In this document: positions 7,455-21,821 of the stretch, one piece after another | How the letters are laid out: every line of letters starts with the position of its first letter | How positions within the stretch are numbered: the first letter of the stretch is position 1 | Assembly: GCA_965197475.1 (NCBI GenBank) | Contig: CBDANF010000003.1 | Location: 608,001-672,000 of the forward strand | DNA: 64,000 nt | Source: Candidatus Poribacteria bacterium | Lineage (GTDB): Bacteria > Poribacteria > WGA-4E > WGA-3G | Direction: 5' to 3' | Made by a program: the position numbers and the translations under genes | Notes under the pieces: model-generated | Database searches by the model: none | What the model was told of the DNA's origin: nothing | Seen by the model: the letters and a program-made list of their open reading frames with translations, nothing else

Positions 7455-9956
7455 ATGAAACAGATAAAATTAATAGTACTCATCGGCATAATTATTTGCT
7501 CAGGAACGTATGCAAACGCCCAAGAAAATGAGGCGATGCCAAAACTTACAGCGGAACAGAAACAATTCGACCTTGATGGAAACGGTAGACTTAGCCCTGA
7601 AGAAGATCAACTCATGCTTCGAATCATAACTTTAGAGGCGTTCATGGATAGTAAACTCAGTCGTGAAGAAATTCAGGAAATGGCTGGTAACCGTCCAAAC
7701 AGAGATGGCGGTCCTCCTGGCTTTAGTGGCGGACCTCCTGATTTTGGTAGGGGTAGACCCCCTGGTGGCAGAGGTGGACCGCGCCCACCAGAAAAACTGG
7801 TTGCAAGGTTTGATACAAATAAAGATGGAAAATTAACAGGTGACGAGCGGGAAGCAGCACTTGATTCGCGTGGCGGTGCATATTCACCTGAACAACGCGC
7901 GGGAACGCCAACTGGAAATATTCAGGATGATACGAAAGCGAGTCTCGCTTCTGCACCAGCAGGTACCCCCACATTCTATGATGGCGGGACACTCCGCACC
8001 TTATATCTTCGTTTCCACGATGAAGATTGGTATGCACAACTGAACGCATTTTATCGCACGGATGTTGAAGTGCCAGCCGAATTAGTTGTTGATGGGAAGG
8101 TTTATCCAGAGGTCGGTATCCGATTCCGTGGCACCTCGTCCTACTTCACAGTTCAATCTGAGAAAAAGTCGTTTAACATTGCCGTTGACTATGGCGATGA
8201 TAGCCAACGTCTTTACAGTTATAAGACACTCAACTTGCTCAACGGACATGTTGACGCATCTTTCCTCCGAGAAGTGCTCTACAATCGAATTGCACGCGAC
8301 TATATCCCCGCCATGAAAACTAATTTTGTGAAATTAGTTATCAACGGTGAAAGCTGGGGTGTTTATATCAACCTCCAGCAGTACAACAAAGATTTTCTGG
8401 ACGAGTGGTTCGGTACGAGAGATGGAGCCCGTTGGAAAGTGGGACCCGGTGGCGGTGCGCTAACTCATACCGGTAACGATGCAGCAGCGTACCAAAGGAC
8501 CTACCAGCTCAAAACCGCGAATGTAGAAAACCCGTGGGAAGATTTAATTGCGCTTTGTGAAATGCTTGATTCTAAAACGCCTGATGCGAAATTAGAAACG
8601 GATTTACCATCAATATTTAACGTTGACCGCGCCCTATGGCAACTTGCTGTCTCAAACGTCTTTATGGACGATGATAGTTACATTCACAAAGAGGGAGATT
8701 TTGCCATTTATCAGGACACCAATGAAAGATTCCATCTCATATCGCACGATAACAACGAAACTTTCAGATTTGGTCGTGAGGGTCGTGGCGGTCCTGGTGG
8801 CAGAGGTCCTGGCGGTTGGTCGTGGGGAGAGTTGACATCAGGGATGGTATCTCCGATGACACACGCGGACAATCCGATGCGTCCGGTTATTAGCCGTTTG
8901 CTTGGCATTCCAAAATGGAGAGCCCGATATATTGCGCATGTACGTACTGTCGTAAATGAGTGGCTTGATTGGGATGTGTTGGAACCGGTCATCAAAGAAT
9001 ATCACGCACTCATTGATGTAGAAGTGCAAGAAGATGATAAAAAACTTTACGACTACCGCAATTTTGAGGTAAGTGCTGATGGCGACCGTGGAGGACGCAC
9101 ACCGAGTTTCAAGCAATTTGTAACCCAAAGACGAGAATCGCTACTTAATCATCCTGAATTAAACAAACCAACGCCAAAGATTATTTCTATTTCAACACCT
9201 GACTCGCAATATGAACCTATGGCGGATCAACCCGTCGAAATTACAGCGGAATTAGATAAAAAGGTTGCAGCAGATTCGGTTCTATTGTATTATAGTACTG
9301 ACCAACATTCAGTTTTTAAGCAGACGCTGATGTCAAAAAATGGGAACAGATTTGTTGGTAACATTCCGGGTTTTCCAGTAGACACTACGGTTTATTATTA
9401 CGTAGAAGCGAATGCGGTGAAGACACACGGCACAACAACATTTTATCCCGCACGCGCAGAGTTCGGTGCAGCGCATTACCGAGTCAAAGTGCCGAGGGCA
9501 GAACAGGTTACGGTTGTAATTAACGAACTCATGGCTGCCAATACCAATGGTATTGTCGATTCGCAGGGAGACCATGAAGACTGGCTGGAATTGCACAATA
9601 TCACAGATAACCCCGTGCTGCTCACCGGAATGTATCTTACAGATAAAATGGATAATCTTACAAAATGGGCATTTCCCGAAAATACCACGATCTCACCACG
9701 TGGGTACTTGATTGTATGGTTAGATGAAGATGGAAAAGCATCAAAAGGACTGCATGCAAACTTTAAACTATCCCGTAGTGGTGAAACAGTTATGCTCGTG
9801 GATACCGATGCCCGTGGGAATCAAGTGATAGATACAATTACATTTGGGCAGCAACAGAAAGATACCGCCATCGGCAGATTGCCGAATGCTACCGGCACTT
9901 TTCAAGCTGTGCAGACGACACCTGGGACACAAAACAGGGAAAAGAAAGCAAAATAA
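7455..9956 (+). CDS. Secreted CotH kinase family protein with EF-hand-like motifs and a C-terminal lamin-tail domain
   Basis: Signal peptide; DLDGNGRLS and DTNKDGKLT; VGIRFRGTSS, KKSFNI, LREVLY, LVINGESWGVY; VVINELMAAN...DWLELHN; RBS AAGGAG. Confidence 0.85.
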   Translation: MKQIKLIVLIGIIICSGTYANAQENEAMPKLTAEQKQFDLDGNGRLSPEEDQLMLRIITLEAFMDSKLSREEIQEMAGNRPNRDGGPPGFSGGPPDFGRGRPPGGRGGPRPPEKLVARFDTNKDGKLTGDEREAALDSRGGAYSPEQRAGTPTGNIQDDTKASLASAPAGTPTFYDGGTLRTLYLRFHDEDWYAQLNAFYRTDVEVPAELVVDGKVYPEVGIRFRGTSSYFTVQSEKKSFNIAVDYGDDSQRLYSYKTLNLLNGHVDASFLREVLYNRIARDYIPAMKTNFVKLVINGESWGVYINLQQYNKDFLDEWFGTRDGARWKVGPGGGALTHTGNDAAAYQRTYQLKTANVENPWEDLIALCEMLDSKTPDAKLETDLPSIFNVDRALWQLAVSNVFMDDDSYIHKEGDFAIYQDTNERFHLISHDNNETFRFGREGRGGPGGRGPGGWSWGELTSGMVSPMTHADNPMRPVISRLLGIPKWRARYIAHVRTVVNEWLDWDVLEPVIKEYHALIDVEVQEDDKKLYDYRNFEVSADGDRGGRTPSFKQFVTQRRESLLNHPELNKPTPKIISISTPDSQYEPMADQPVEITAELDKKVAADSVLLYYSTDQHSVFKQTLMSKNGNRFVGNIPGFPVDTTVYYYVEANAVKTHGTTTFYPARAEFGAAHYRVKVPRAEQVTVVINELMAANTNGIVDSQGDHEDWLELHNITDNPVLLTGMYLTDKMDNLTKWAFPENTTISPRGYLIVWLDEDGKASKGLHANFKLSRSGETVMLVDTDARGNQVIDTITFGQQQKDTAIGRLPNATGTFQAVQTTPGTQNREKKAK

Positions 9957-9976
9957 CGGATCTCCAAAAGAAAAAC

Positions 9977-10003
9977 GAACTTTTTTGTGCGTGCTATGTC
10001 TTA
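9977..10003 (+). promoter_or_regulatory. RpoE-type ECF promoter upstream of the sigma factor gene (autoregulatory)
   Basis: GAACTT-N16-TCTTA. Confidence 0.55.
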
Positions 10004-10089
10004 TAGGTTGAAAGCAAAATCTAAAACCTATTCTTAAGTTAAGCTCGGACAAGACTTAGTGAGATGCTGATAAACTCTGGAGGAGATAA

Positions 10090-10710
10090 ATGTCCGTTAC
10101 GACCCTAACCTTTGATATGGAAACCTATTCGGATATAGTCCAAGTGGAAGATTTTGACAGGCAACAGGAACGCGAACTTATTTTGCGGTGCCAAGACAGA
10201 GATACCGCCGCAATGGGAACCCTCGTTGTGCAATACCAACATTGGGTTTACAATATCGCTTACGGTTTACTTGGTCATCACGAAGATGCCCAAGATGCTG
10301 CGCAGGACGCGTTCGTTTCTGTTTGGGAAAATATCGGCAAGTTTGAGTTCCGTTCCCGATTTTCTACATGGTTGTATAAAATTGTCCGTAATAAGTGTCT
10401 CAATCTAATTGACCAACGTAAACGTAGAAAAACTGACCCGATGGAGATTGACGACTCGCAACCTTGGGTACCACTTGACAATGTAACGCCTGAACAGGAA
10501 GCATTACGTACCGAACAGCGTGAAATACTGCACGCTGCCCTCGGCAGGCTCAAAGAAAGTTATCGAACAATCTTAATCCTACGCGAATTGCGCGAACTCT
10601 CTTACGAAGAGATAGCAGAAGTCCTCAATTGCACGCTGGGACGCGTCAAATCCCGATTACATGAAGCGCGAAAAGCTTTGAAAGCTGAACTTGAACGTAT
10701 TGATTGGTAA
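10090..10710 (+). CDS. ECF RNA polymerase sigma factor (RpoE/SigW-like)
   Basis: Region 2 DAQDAAQDAF...FSTWLYKIVRN; region 4 LSYEEIAEVLNCTLGRVKSRLHEAR. Confidence 0.95.
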   Translation: MSVTTLTFDMETYSDIVQVEDFDRQQERELILRCQDRDTAAMGTLVVQYQHWVYNIAYGLLGHHEDAQDAAQDAFVSVWENIGKFEFRSRFSTWLYKIVRNKCLNLIDQRKRRKTDPMEIDDSQPWVPLDNVTPEQEALRTEQREILHAALGRLKESYRTILILRELRELSYEEIAEVLNCTLGRVKSRLHEARKALKAELERIDW

Positions 10711-10772
10711 AAGTTGTACTATAATTGTACATGTGATATTTAACCACGTACTACTAAGCTTAATTAAGAAAA

Positions 10773-11285
10773 ATGAAACATCAACGTATTCAGAAACATT
10801 TATCAACATATCTTGACAATGAATTGGCACCTGCTATACATAAGCAGGTGGACAACCATATCCGTGGTTGCCAAGAATGTACGGACATGCTGGCAGATTT
10901 CAGGCAAAACCGGCGACAGATAGCTGCGCTTGTACATCCCGCGCCATCTATGAAGAATGTGGTTTTGGCAAAGATTCGCGAAAACGAGGCTGCACCACGC
11001 AAGAAGTTTCTCCCAATCTTCAGACGCTGGATTTTTCGTCCTTTCACTGTTGGCGCAACCGCCTTTTCAACTGTCTGTATCATCGTCGCGTTTTTCTTCT
11101 TTACATATTCGCCTGCTCCTCAATACGATGAACTCCTTGATTTCTATTTTGGTGTCCATACAGAAGAGGTCGCGAATAATCCCTTGAAATCGAACGTCGC
11201 AATGCCACTTAGCGATCCCGTAACATTCACCGAAGATATCGGTGAAGATACAGAAACATTGCTCAATCTGTATCTGGGTGATTAA
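10773..11285 (+). CDS. Zinc-binding transmembrane anti-sigma factor (zf-HC2)
   Basis: LSTYLDNEL...HIRGCQEC (HxxxCxxC); one TM helix; follows the sigma gene. Confidence 0.85.
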   Translation: MKHQRIQKHLSTYLDNELAPAIHKQVDNHIRGCQECTDMLADFRQNRRQIAALVHPAPSMKNVVLAKIRENEAAPRKKFLPIFRRWIFRPFTVGATAFSTVCIIVAFFFFTYSPAPQYDELLDFYFGVHTEEVANNPLKSNVAMPLSDPVTFTEDIGEDTETLLNLYLGD

Positions 11286-11291
11286 TCCTCT

Positions 11292-12362
11292 GTGAATCTA
11301 AGAAATGCTATAGATGATCTTATGTTAACGAAACCACTACACGCATTCTGCTTTTTAACGCTAACTATTTCTCTGTTGGCAGCCAACTATCTCTTTGCCG
11401 ATGTAGCTGTGCTTAAACGCATTGCAGAAGCGGAACGTGATGTTGGTTACGTCGGTCTTCGTCTAAAAATATATAGTAGATCTCGCGGTTCTCGGACGAT
11501 GGAAGAAATCATCATCCATAGGACAGCTGAAGATTCATATCGGAAAGTTGTATCCGTTATTGGGGAACAGAAGCCATTTGCTGAAGAGAACGGCCGTGAC
11601 AGGGGACAGGATGACAGAAACGGAGACCAGGAAAATCGTAGAAGAGACAGAGAATTTAGATGGGAACGCCAAAGGAGTCAATTTTCTACAAAAGAGATTG
11701 AATTGATAGCTCAAAACTATAATTTGGAGCGGCAACTTCGGGGAGAAAAAATCGCGGGTCATGAAACGGATCTTCTTATCATTAAACCAAAACATGCTGG
11801 CAGACCAACAAAGCATATTTTTTTCGCTCGTAAAAACGGTGTTATCTTGCGGGTTGACGACTTAGATGCTGCGGGTGTGCGACGAGATATGTTCGTTTAT
11901 ACTCGTATTAGTTTTGATCCCAAAAATGTGGAACCCAAATGGAAAGCCTTGGAAAAGGAGATTAAACGCGAACCGCGACCTGATCGAACGATTACACTTG
12001 TTGACGCGGAAAAGTTCTTAAAGACAAAACCTATTCAACCGAAATACTTACCACCAGGTTTCCAACTTCAGAGTATTCAAAAACACCAATTTAGAGGCAC
12101 ACATCTTCGATTAAAATATACAGATGGTTTGTTGGATTTGTACATATTCGAAACGACAGATAAGATCTCAGATCGCGGCAATCAGAATAGAGGGACAGTT
12201 ATTAAGATTGGAAACACGCCTGTACATAAACATCAGCGTGGACCGACCTATGCGTTCAGATGGTCAAGCTCGGATATCCACTTTTTTTTACTTGGCGCAA
12301 TACCTGCCACCGAAATGCAGAAGGTCGTAGAATCTATTATCCACAAAGCTGATCAAAAGTAG
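11292..12362 (+). CDS. RseB/MucB-like extracytoplasmic sigma-E regulator
   Basis: Signal/TM segment; EKIAGHET, PKYLPPGF, YTDGL motifs; third gene of the sigma/anti-sigma operon. Confidence 0.7.
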   Translation: MNLRNAIDDLMLTKPLHAFCFLTLTISLLAANYLFADVAVLKRIAEAERDVGYVGLRLKIYSRSRGSRTMEEIIIHRTAEDSYRKVVSVIGEQKPFAEENGRDRGQDDRNGDQENRRRDREFRWERQRSQFSTKEIELIAQNYNLERQLRGEKIAGHETDLLIIKPKHAGRPTKHIFFARKNGVILRVDDLDAAGVRRDMFVYTRISFDPKNVEPKWKALEKEIKREPRPDRTITLVDAEKFLKTKPIQPKYLPPGFQLQSIQKHQFRGTHLRLKYTDGLLDLYIFETTDKISDRGNQNRGTVIKIGNTPVHKHQRGPTYAFRWSSSDIHFFLLGAIPATEMQKVVESIIHKADQK

Positions 12363-12390
12363 TTTTAAATTGATACCGTTTAATAGTAGC

Positions 12391-12782
12391 GTAGGTTGGG
12401 TAGAGCAAAGCGAAACCCACATAGGTGTCAATTTAAGAAAGTACTACACCTTCCTCCGTTCCGGTAGGAGCGGTTTCCTAACCGCTCCATATCGTTCGCG
12501 AAAACCTTTCATCTTTAGCGTTCTCCAAACAGCGGTGTAAAAAACAGAAAACTGAGGCTAATAGGGCTTGCATAAGCCCGATGCGGTTAGGAAACCGCAT
12601 CTACCGGGGTGAAGGACCGCTAAATTGACACTTATGGGTTTCGTAAACTCTACCCGACCTATAAGACTGTACGGATTGTATTCATTTATATCATAGCATG
12701 ACTCACGTAGGTCCAAATCAACGCTGTGAATGCCTTTTTGGCATTCCCCGGGCATTCAGCGGGTAGAGCAACGCGAAACCCA
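12391..12782. repeat. Cluster of GTAG-type REP palindromes
   Basis: GTAGGTTGGGTAGAGCAAAGCGAAACCC (12391), GTAGGAGCGGTTTCCTAACCGC (about 12463), inverted copies at about 12584 and 12636, another at about 12760. Confidence 0.7.
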
Positions 12783-12934
12783 TTCTACAACCCACTTCTC
12801 GGATTATATAACACGGAACTCACATGCCTTACCAACCGTCATTATCATTGACTCCAAAAAGCTTATAACCTATACTATATACAAACATTACCCTCATGAC
12901 ATAAGAAGCACACAACACAATAGGAGAGTAGGCA

Positions 12935-15169
12935 ATGAAAAAGATTTTATACGCAATCATAACAACACTGCTCATAACACTCATAACCACACCTAGCATC
13001 ACCGCCCAAGACCATACGGAATTGGGTCTACCCAAAGGTGCTATAGCACGGTTTGGGAAAGGGGGGAAATCGGGTGATATTGCGTATTCGCCAGATGGTG
13101 CCAAGTTCGCTGTGCCGTGCAAAATCGGCATTTGGATATACGATGCAGAAACAGGAGAAGAGCTTGACCTATACACTGAACATACGGATGCGGTTAGGAG
13201 TGTTGCTTTTAGTCCGGATGGAAACACAATCGTCAGTGGGAGTCATGACAAAACTGTTCGGTTGTGGAACGCAAATACGGGAGAACAACTACGCATACTT
13301 GAAGGTCATTGGAACTACGTTTATAGTGTTGCTTTTAGTCCGGATGGAAATACAATCGCAAGTGGGAGTTATGACAAAACCATCCGGTTGTGGAACGCAA
13401 ATACGGGAGAACAACTACGAACACTTGAGGGGCATCGGAGTTCCATTTTTAGTGTTGCTTTTAGTCCGGATGGAAACACAATCGCAAGTGGGAGTTATGA
13501 CAAAACCATCCGGTTGTGGAACGCAAATACGGGAGAACAACTCCAAACAATCAACACATCGTCCTTAGAGATTTCATTTAGTCCAGATTGGACTATGATA
13601 GCAAGTGCAGGTTTAGACTATTCTGTTCGGTTGTGGGACGCAAAAACGGGAGAACAACTACGAACACTTAAGGGGCATCAGGGTGGGATTTCAAGTATCG
13701 CCTTTAATCCTAAAAACAACATCATCGCAAGCGGGAGTTGGGATGGCATTTATCTGTGGGACGCAAAAACAGGGAAACATCTCCAAACACTTGAAGGGCA
13801 TAATGGTTGGACCAACACCTTAGCTTTTAGTCCGGATGGCAACACCCTCGTCAGTGGGAGTACGGATTCTACAATTCGCCTATGGGATGCAAACTCAAGG
13901 AAACATAAACGCACAATTGAAGGATATACGAATAGGTTCGCAGGTGTCGCTTTTAGTCCGGATGGTAGCATACTCGCAGGTGGCGGTTCAAGAGATATCC
14001 GATTATGGGACATAAAAACGGGTGAAAAACTCAAAACGCTTACCAAGACTGGAGGCTCGGTCTATGACTTGTCATTTAGTCCAGATGGCGATATGATCGC
14101 AAGTGTCGGTGATTCACCAGTCACCGTTCTGTTAGATGTAAACACCACAGAAGTTATCCATAGAATAAGCACGAATTGTAAATGGCTTAATTGTGTCGCA
14201 TTTAGTCCGGATGGCAAGTTAGTCGCAAGCGGTGGTTCAGGTGTATTCTCAGACCTCGCTATATGCAACGTAAGAACAGGGAAACTTCACCGTAGAATTT
14301 TGCAACATACGAGGTTCCTCAATAGTGTCGCGTTTAGTCCGGATAGCAAGACGATCGCATGTGGGAGTCCGGACAGAGTCATCAGGATATGGGATGTAAC
14401 ATCGAGGAAACTCCTTCACACATTTAAAGGACATACGGCTAATATCAGAAGTATCTCATTTAGCCCGGATGGTAACACGCTCGTAAGTGGCAGTGGGAAC
14501 GAAATTGATGGCGACTTCACCGTCAGGTTGTGGGATGTAAAATCCGGGAAACTTTTACACACCCTTCAGCGGCATACGAGTTACGTCAATAGTGTTGCTT
14601 TTAGCCCGGATGGCAACGTCATCGCAAGTGGAAGTAATGACACACACATTCGGTTGTGGGACGCAAACAAGGGGCTGCATCTACGCAAACTTGAGGGGCA
14701 TAAGGGACCCGTGCTCAGTATATCTTTCGGTAATGATAATCGCACGCTCGCAAGTGGGAGTTCTGACGGCACCGTGCTGGTCTGGGACTACAGATCCGGT
14801 GCTGATGGGATTGATGTGGGGGAGCCGTTTTCCGTTGAGGCACGTGGTAAGAAACTTGTCACACTCGGTCAGATAAAGCGTAACCAACTGTTCCAAAACT
14901 ATCCTAACCCCTTCAATCCTGAGACGTGGATTCCGTATCAATTGGCATCACCTGTGAATGTTAGTATCTCTATCTATACTGAAGATGGCAAGCTGATTCG
15001 GACGTTAGATTTAGGAGATAAGCCTATCGGCATCTATCAAGATCGTGACCGTGCGGCTTTTTGGGATGGTAGAAACGAGAATGGAGAAAAAATCGCCAGT
15101 GGCGTATACTTCTACACTCTCACCGCAGACGATTTCACTGCAACGCGCAAGATGTTGATACGGAAATAG
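12935..15169 (+). CDS. Secreted WD40-repeat protein with C-terminal FlgD-Ig/T9SS-like domain
   Basis: Signal peptide; LPKGAIARFGKG; many GH...VAFSPDG...ASGS.D.T.RLW repeats; QNYPNPFNPETWIPY...ATRKMLIRK. Confidence 0.95.
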   Translation: MKKILYAIITTLLITLITTPSITAQDHTELGLPKGAIARFGKGGKSGDIAYSPDGAKFAVPCKIGIWIYDAETGEELDLYTEHTDAVRSVAFSPDGNTIVSGSHDKTVRLWNANTGEQLRILEGHWNYVYSVAFSPDGNTIASGSYDKTIRLWNANTGEQLRTLEGHRSSIFSVAFSPDGNTIASGSYDKTIRLWNANTGEQLQTINTSSLEISFSPDWTMIASAGLDYSVRLWDAKTGEQLRTLKGHQGGISSIAFNPKNNIIASGSWDGIYLWDAKTGKHLQTLEGHNGWTNTLAFSPDGNTLVSGSTDSTIRLWDANSRKHKRTIEGYTNRFAGVAFSPDGSILAGGGSRDIRLWDIKTGEKLKTLTKTGGSVYDLSFSPDGDMIASVGDSPVTVLLDVNTTEVIHRISTNCKWLNCVAFSPDGKLVASGGSGVFSDLAICNVRTGKLHRRILQHTRFLNSVAFSPDSKTIACGSPDRVIRIWDVTSRKLLHTFKGHTANIRSISFSPDGNTLVSGSGNEIDGDFTVRLWDVKSGKLLHTLQRHTSYVNSVAFSPDGNVIASGSNDTHIRLWDANKGLHLRKLEGHKGPVLSISFGNDNRTLASGSSDGTVLVWDYRSGADGIDVGEPFSVEARGKKLVTLGQIKRNQLFQNYPNPFNPETWIPYQLASPVNVSISIYTEDGKLIRTLDLGDKPIGIYQDRDRAAFWDGRNENGEKIASGVYFYTLTADDFTATRKMLIRK

Positions 15170-15396
15170 TATCAAATGACCATAGGATAGCTGGAAGGCT
15201 GATGTTTATTGGCTTCCCAGCGATCGTTGATGAGTGGGTTGCGTTGGGATCGCGAGCATCCTCTTTGAGAAATGATGCGTTTAGCGATAAACGTGTCTAA
15301 AGTATAGCAAAACCAGTAGCGGTTGTCAACCATATTTTCAAGGCACCTGCCCCGGTTTTGCGAAGTAAAGTTCGTCGGGAACATAGGATTAGGGTC

Positions 15397-16281
15397 TCAT
15401 TGGGCTTCTCCTTGGTGAGTGGCTTCATCGTTTGAGTCTGAATTGGCAAGGTCTGCATCTATGGCTTGGAGTTGGTGCTGCGGTATGAGGTCGAGATATT
15501 GAGAGATGACGCGTTTAGAAAGTCGTGTAATCTGTGAGATTTTATCAATATCTGCGGTTGCTTTCCGAACGACTTTGACGCTCTCATAATCGCGAATGTA
15601 TCGGTCAACTGCCTCCTTAGAGTGTTTGGTCTTTGCGGCAATCCTGGGGGTGAGATGTCCTTGAAGATAGAGGGTTATGATCTCTTTCTTATGGGTAATA
15701 GCCCCCGATAAGTCATGGATATTGCCACGGGTGGGCAAGAGTTCTCCAGTGGTTTTTTGCCATTCATTAACATAATCACAGACAACGGCATCGCAGACAT
15801 TGAGCAAAACTGCCAAGTCGAGTTGTGTCAATAATGCCCCTTGGTCATAAGCTTGATGACACCAGCGGACCAAGCGATTGATCCGCAATTGCCGGGAGGT
15901 GAAACCGTTGCGAAAGGATTCAATATCCTCTGCGGCGAGGTAAGTCAGGATGACGGGTTTCATGCGGGTTTTGACGATGGACTTTCCTCTTTCTGGATGC
16001 TCTTCAATAGGGACGGCCATCCAAACGAGTTGTCCATAACTCAAGAAACGCTCATCCGGGAGTTGATCGCCGGTGGCGAGTTTCTCCAAAGGAAGGGTAA
16101 TCACGAAATAGTCTTCAACGGTCTTAAGAATATCATCAACAATGGCGGTGGCAGTGACTTCGCCTTTGTCATAACCATAGTCATTGAGAAAGCGGTGAAT
16201 GAGCAACTGTCGTAGGGACTTATCGTTGATGCGTCTGAATTTCTTCTCGTTGATTTGCGTGCGGGTTAGAGGTTTGCTCAT
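15397..16281 (-). CDS. DUF1670 family protein
   Basis: QAYDQGALLTQLDLAVLL, PTRGNIHDLSGAITHK, HSKEAVDRYIRD; paralogous to the neighbouring gene; ATGA overlap with it. Confidence 0.8.
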   Translation of the reverse strand: MSKPLTRTQINEKKFRRINDKSLRQLLIHRFLNDYGYDKGEVTATAIVDDILKTVEDYFVITLPLEKLATGDQLPDERFLSYGQLVWMAVPIEEHPERGKSIVKTRMKPVILTYLAAEDIESFRNGFTSRQLRINRLVRWCHQAYDQGALLTQLDLAVLLNVCDAVVCDYVNEWQKTTGELLPTRGNIHDLSGAITHKKEIITLYLQGHLTPRIAAKTKHSKEAVDRYIRDYESVKVVRKATADIDKISQITRLSKRVISQYLDLIPQHQLQAIDADLANSDSNDEATHQGEAQ

Positions 16282-17090
16282 GAGAGGTCCCCCTTTTTTG
16301 TGTCCTCAGGTTCTGGGTGAAGGAGTTGGGTCATGCGATCTGTGTGTTGGTATTCCTCATAGAGTGAGAGATACTCGCGGATCAACCGGTCAGATAGATG
16401 GGTGATCAGGCGTATCTGTGCGTTAGGAAAGCCTTGATGATGGAGCGTAGCGACTTGTGTAAAGTCTTTCAAGTAGCGGTAGACAGCTCGTTCGCTGTGG
16501 TTCGTCTTTTTCTCGATTTCGGTGAAGGTATAGGCTTTGAAATATAACTCCAGGACCTGGGTTTTATGAGAAGTGCCGGGGCCCATGTCGTGTTTCGTCC
16601 CGCGCGTCATAACGAAATACCCATCCTGCTTCAAGTGTCGAATGTCGCGTTTGACTGTAGCAGGACTGGTGGTTAATAATACAGCTAAATCCTCGTAGCT
16701 CAGTAAGGCATCTTGGTCATAAGCTTCTTGGGTCAATCGGAGGATCCGATGCCGTCTGAGTCCTGCGAGACCATAATTCGCTAAGACTTCAAGATCGGCG
16801 TTTGTGTCATTGAGAGTTAGCCGACAGGAAACTTTTTTCGCTAAAGCGATATGTTTACCTGCGGGTTCCTCTGCGGCGACTGCCTCGTAGCAGATTTGCC
16901 CTGATGTCAGGTGCACATCGGCGTGTTGTTCAAAGTAGGTGGAAATCTGTTTATAGTAGGCTTCAGCAACGAGAGGCATTAGATTAAAGTCTGCTGAAAT
17001 CTTCTGAATAATCGCGGCTCTGGCATTCTTGGATTCGAGCCGAGTGATACCGTAAGCGGTATCCTTCTTGCGGTTCATATTGACCTCCAT
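16278..17090 (-). CDS. DUF1670 family protein
   Basis: EAYDQDALLSYEDLAVLL, TRGTKHDMGPGTSHK, HSERAVYRYLKDF. Confidence 0.8.
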   Translation of the reverse strand: MEVNMNRKKDTAYGITRLESKNARAAIIQKISADFNLMPLVAEAYYKQISTYFEQHADVHLTSGQICYEAVAAEEPAGKHIALAKKVSCRLTLNDTNADLEVLANYGLAGLRRHRILRLTQEAYDQDALLSYEDLAVLLTTSPATVKRDIRHLKQDGYFVMTRGTKHDMGPGTSHKTQVLELYFKAYTFTEIEKKTNHSERAVYRYLKDFTQVATLHHQGFPNAQIRLITHLSDRLIREYLSLYEEYQHTDRMTQLLHPEPEDTKKGDLS

Positions 17091-17284
17091 GAATAGATTA
17101 TCGGGGATCCGAGGACATCTACTCGTTAGTTTAACGAATACTAATAGTATAACTCATGGGGTCATTTGATACAAACTATAAATAGAGTGTATCTCATAGA
17201 TAGAATTGTGTTGTGCAAAGTACAGGTACTGCAGGAAATGTTAACATTTTCGAATTCTTCTAACCCCTTGCATTGATTTTTTCT

Positions 17285-17326
17285 CAGAATCATGTAACCA
17301 TTTCGCATCATACCCGCGTCATTATA
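17285..17326 (+). promoter_or_regulatory. Conserved ECF-type promoter, copy 1 of 4
   Basis: CAGAAT..TGTAACC-N16-GCGTCA.TATA; same motif precedes all four sigma-fusion paralogs. Confidence 0.6.
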
Positions 17327-17371
17327 AAATGATAGGACATTAAACAATCTAGCATTTTCTTGAGGTGTCTG

Positions 17372-21624
<4,253 letters not shown>

Positions 21625-21821
21625 GTTTCACGCATCTGCTTTCGCGGGAAAACGGTGGAACAAAGCACTCACTGCAGTATCCTGTCAAATATAGAATAGA
21701 AATACCGGTATAAGGTATCCAAATTTATCTACAATTACAGGATCAGATTTAAACGAAGTGTCGCCTTGTCCCCTGTTTCTCAATGAAAGCAGGGGTTTCT
21801 TGTTTCATTACGGAGGTTTTA

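Larger units (their letters stand above)
15170..17171 (-). mobile_element. TIR-bounded element carrying a DUF1670 gene pair and no recognisable intact transposase
   Basis: GTATCAAATGACC (15169-15181) and its reverse complement GGTCATTTGATAC (17160-17172); the outer TA may be a target duplication; inserted right at the stop of the WD40 gene. Confidence 0.7.

Noticed and set aside
13185-13550. Near-identical 126-bp repeats as a separate repeat element
   Set aside because: They are in-frame WD40 units of the 12935..15169 protein
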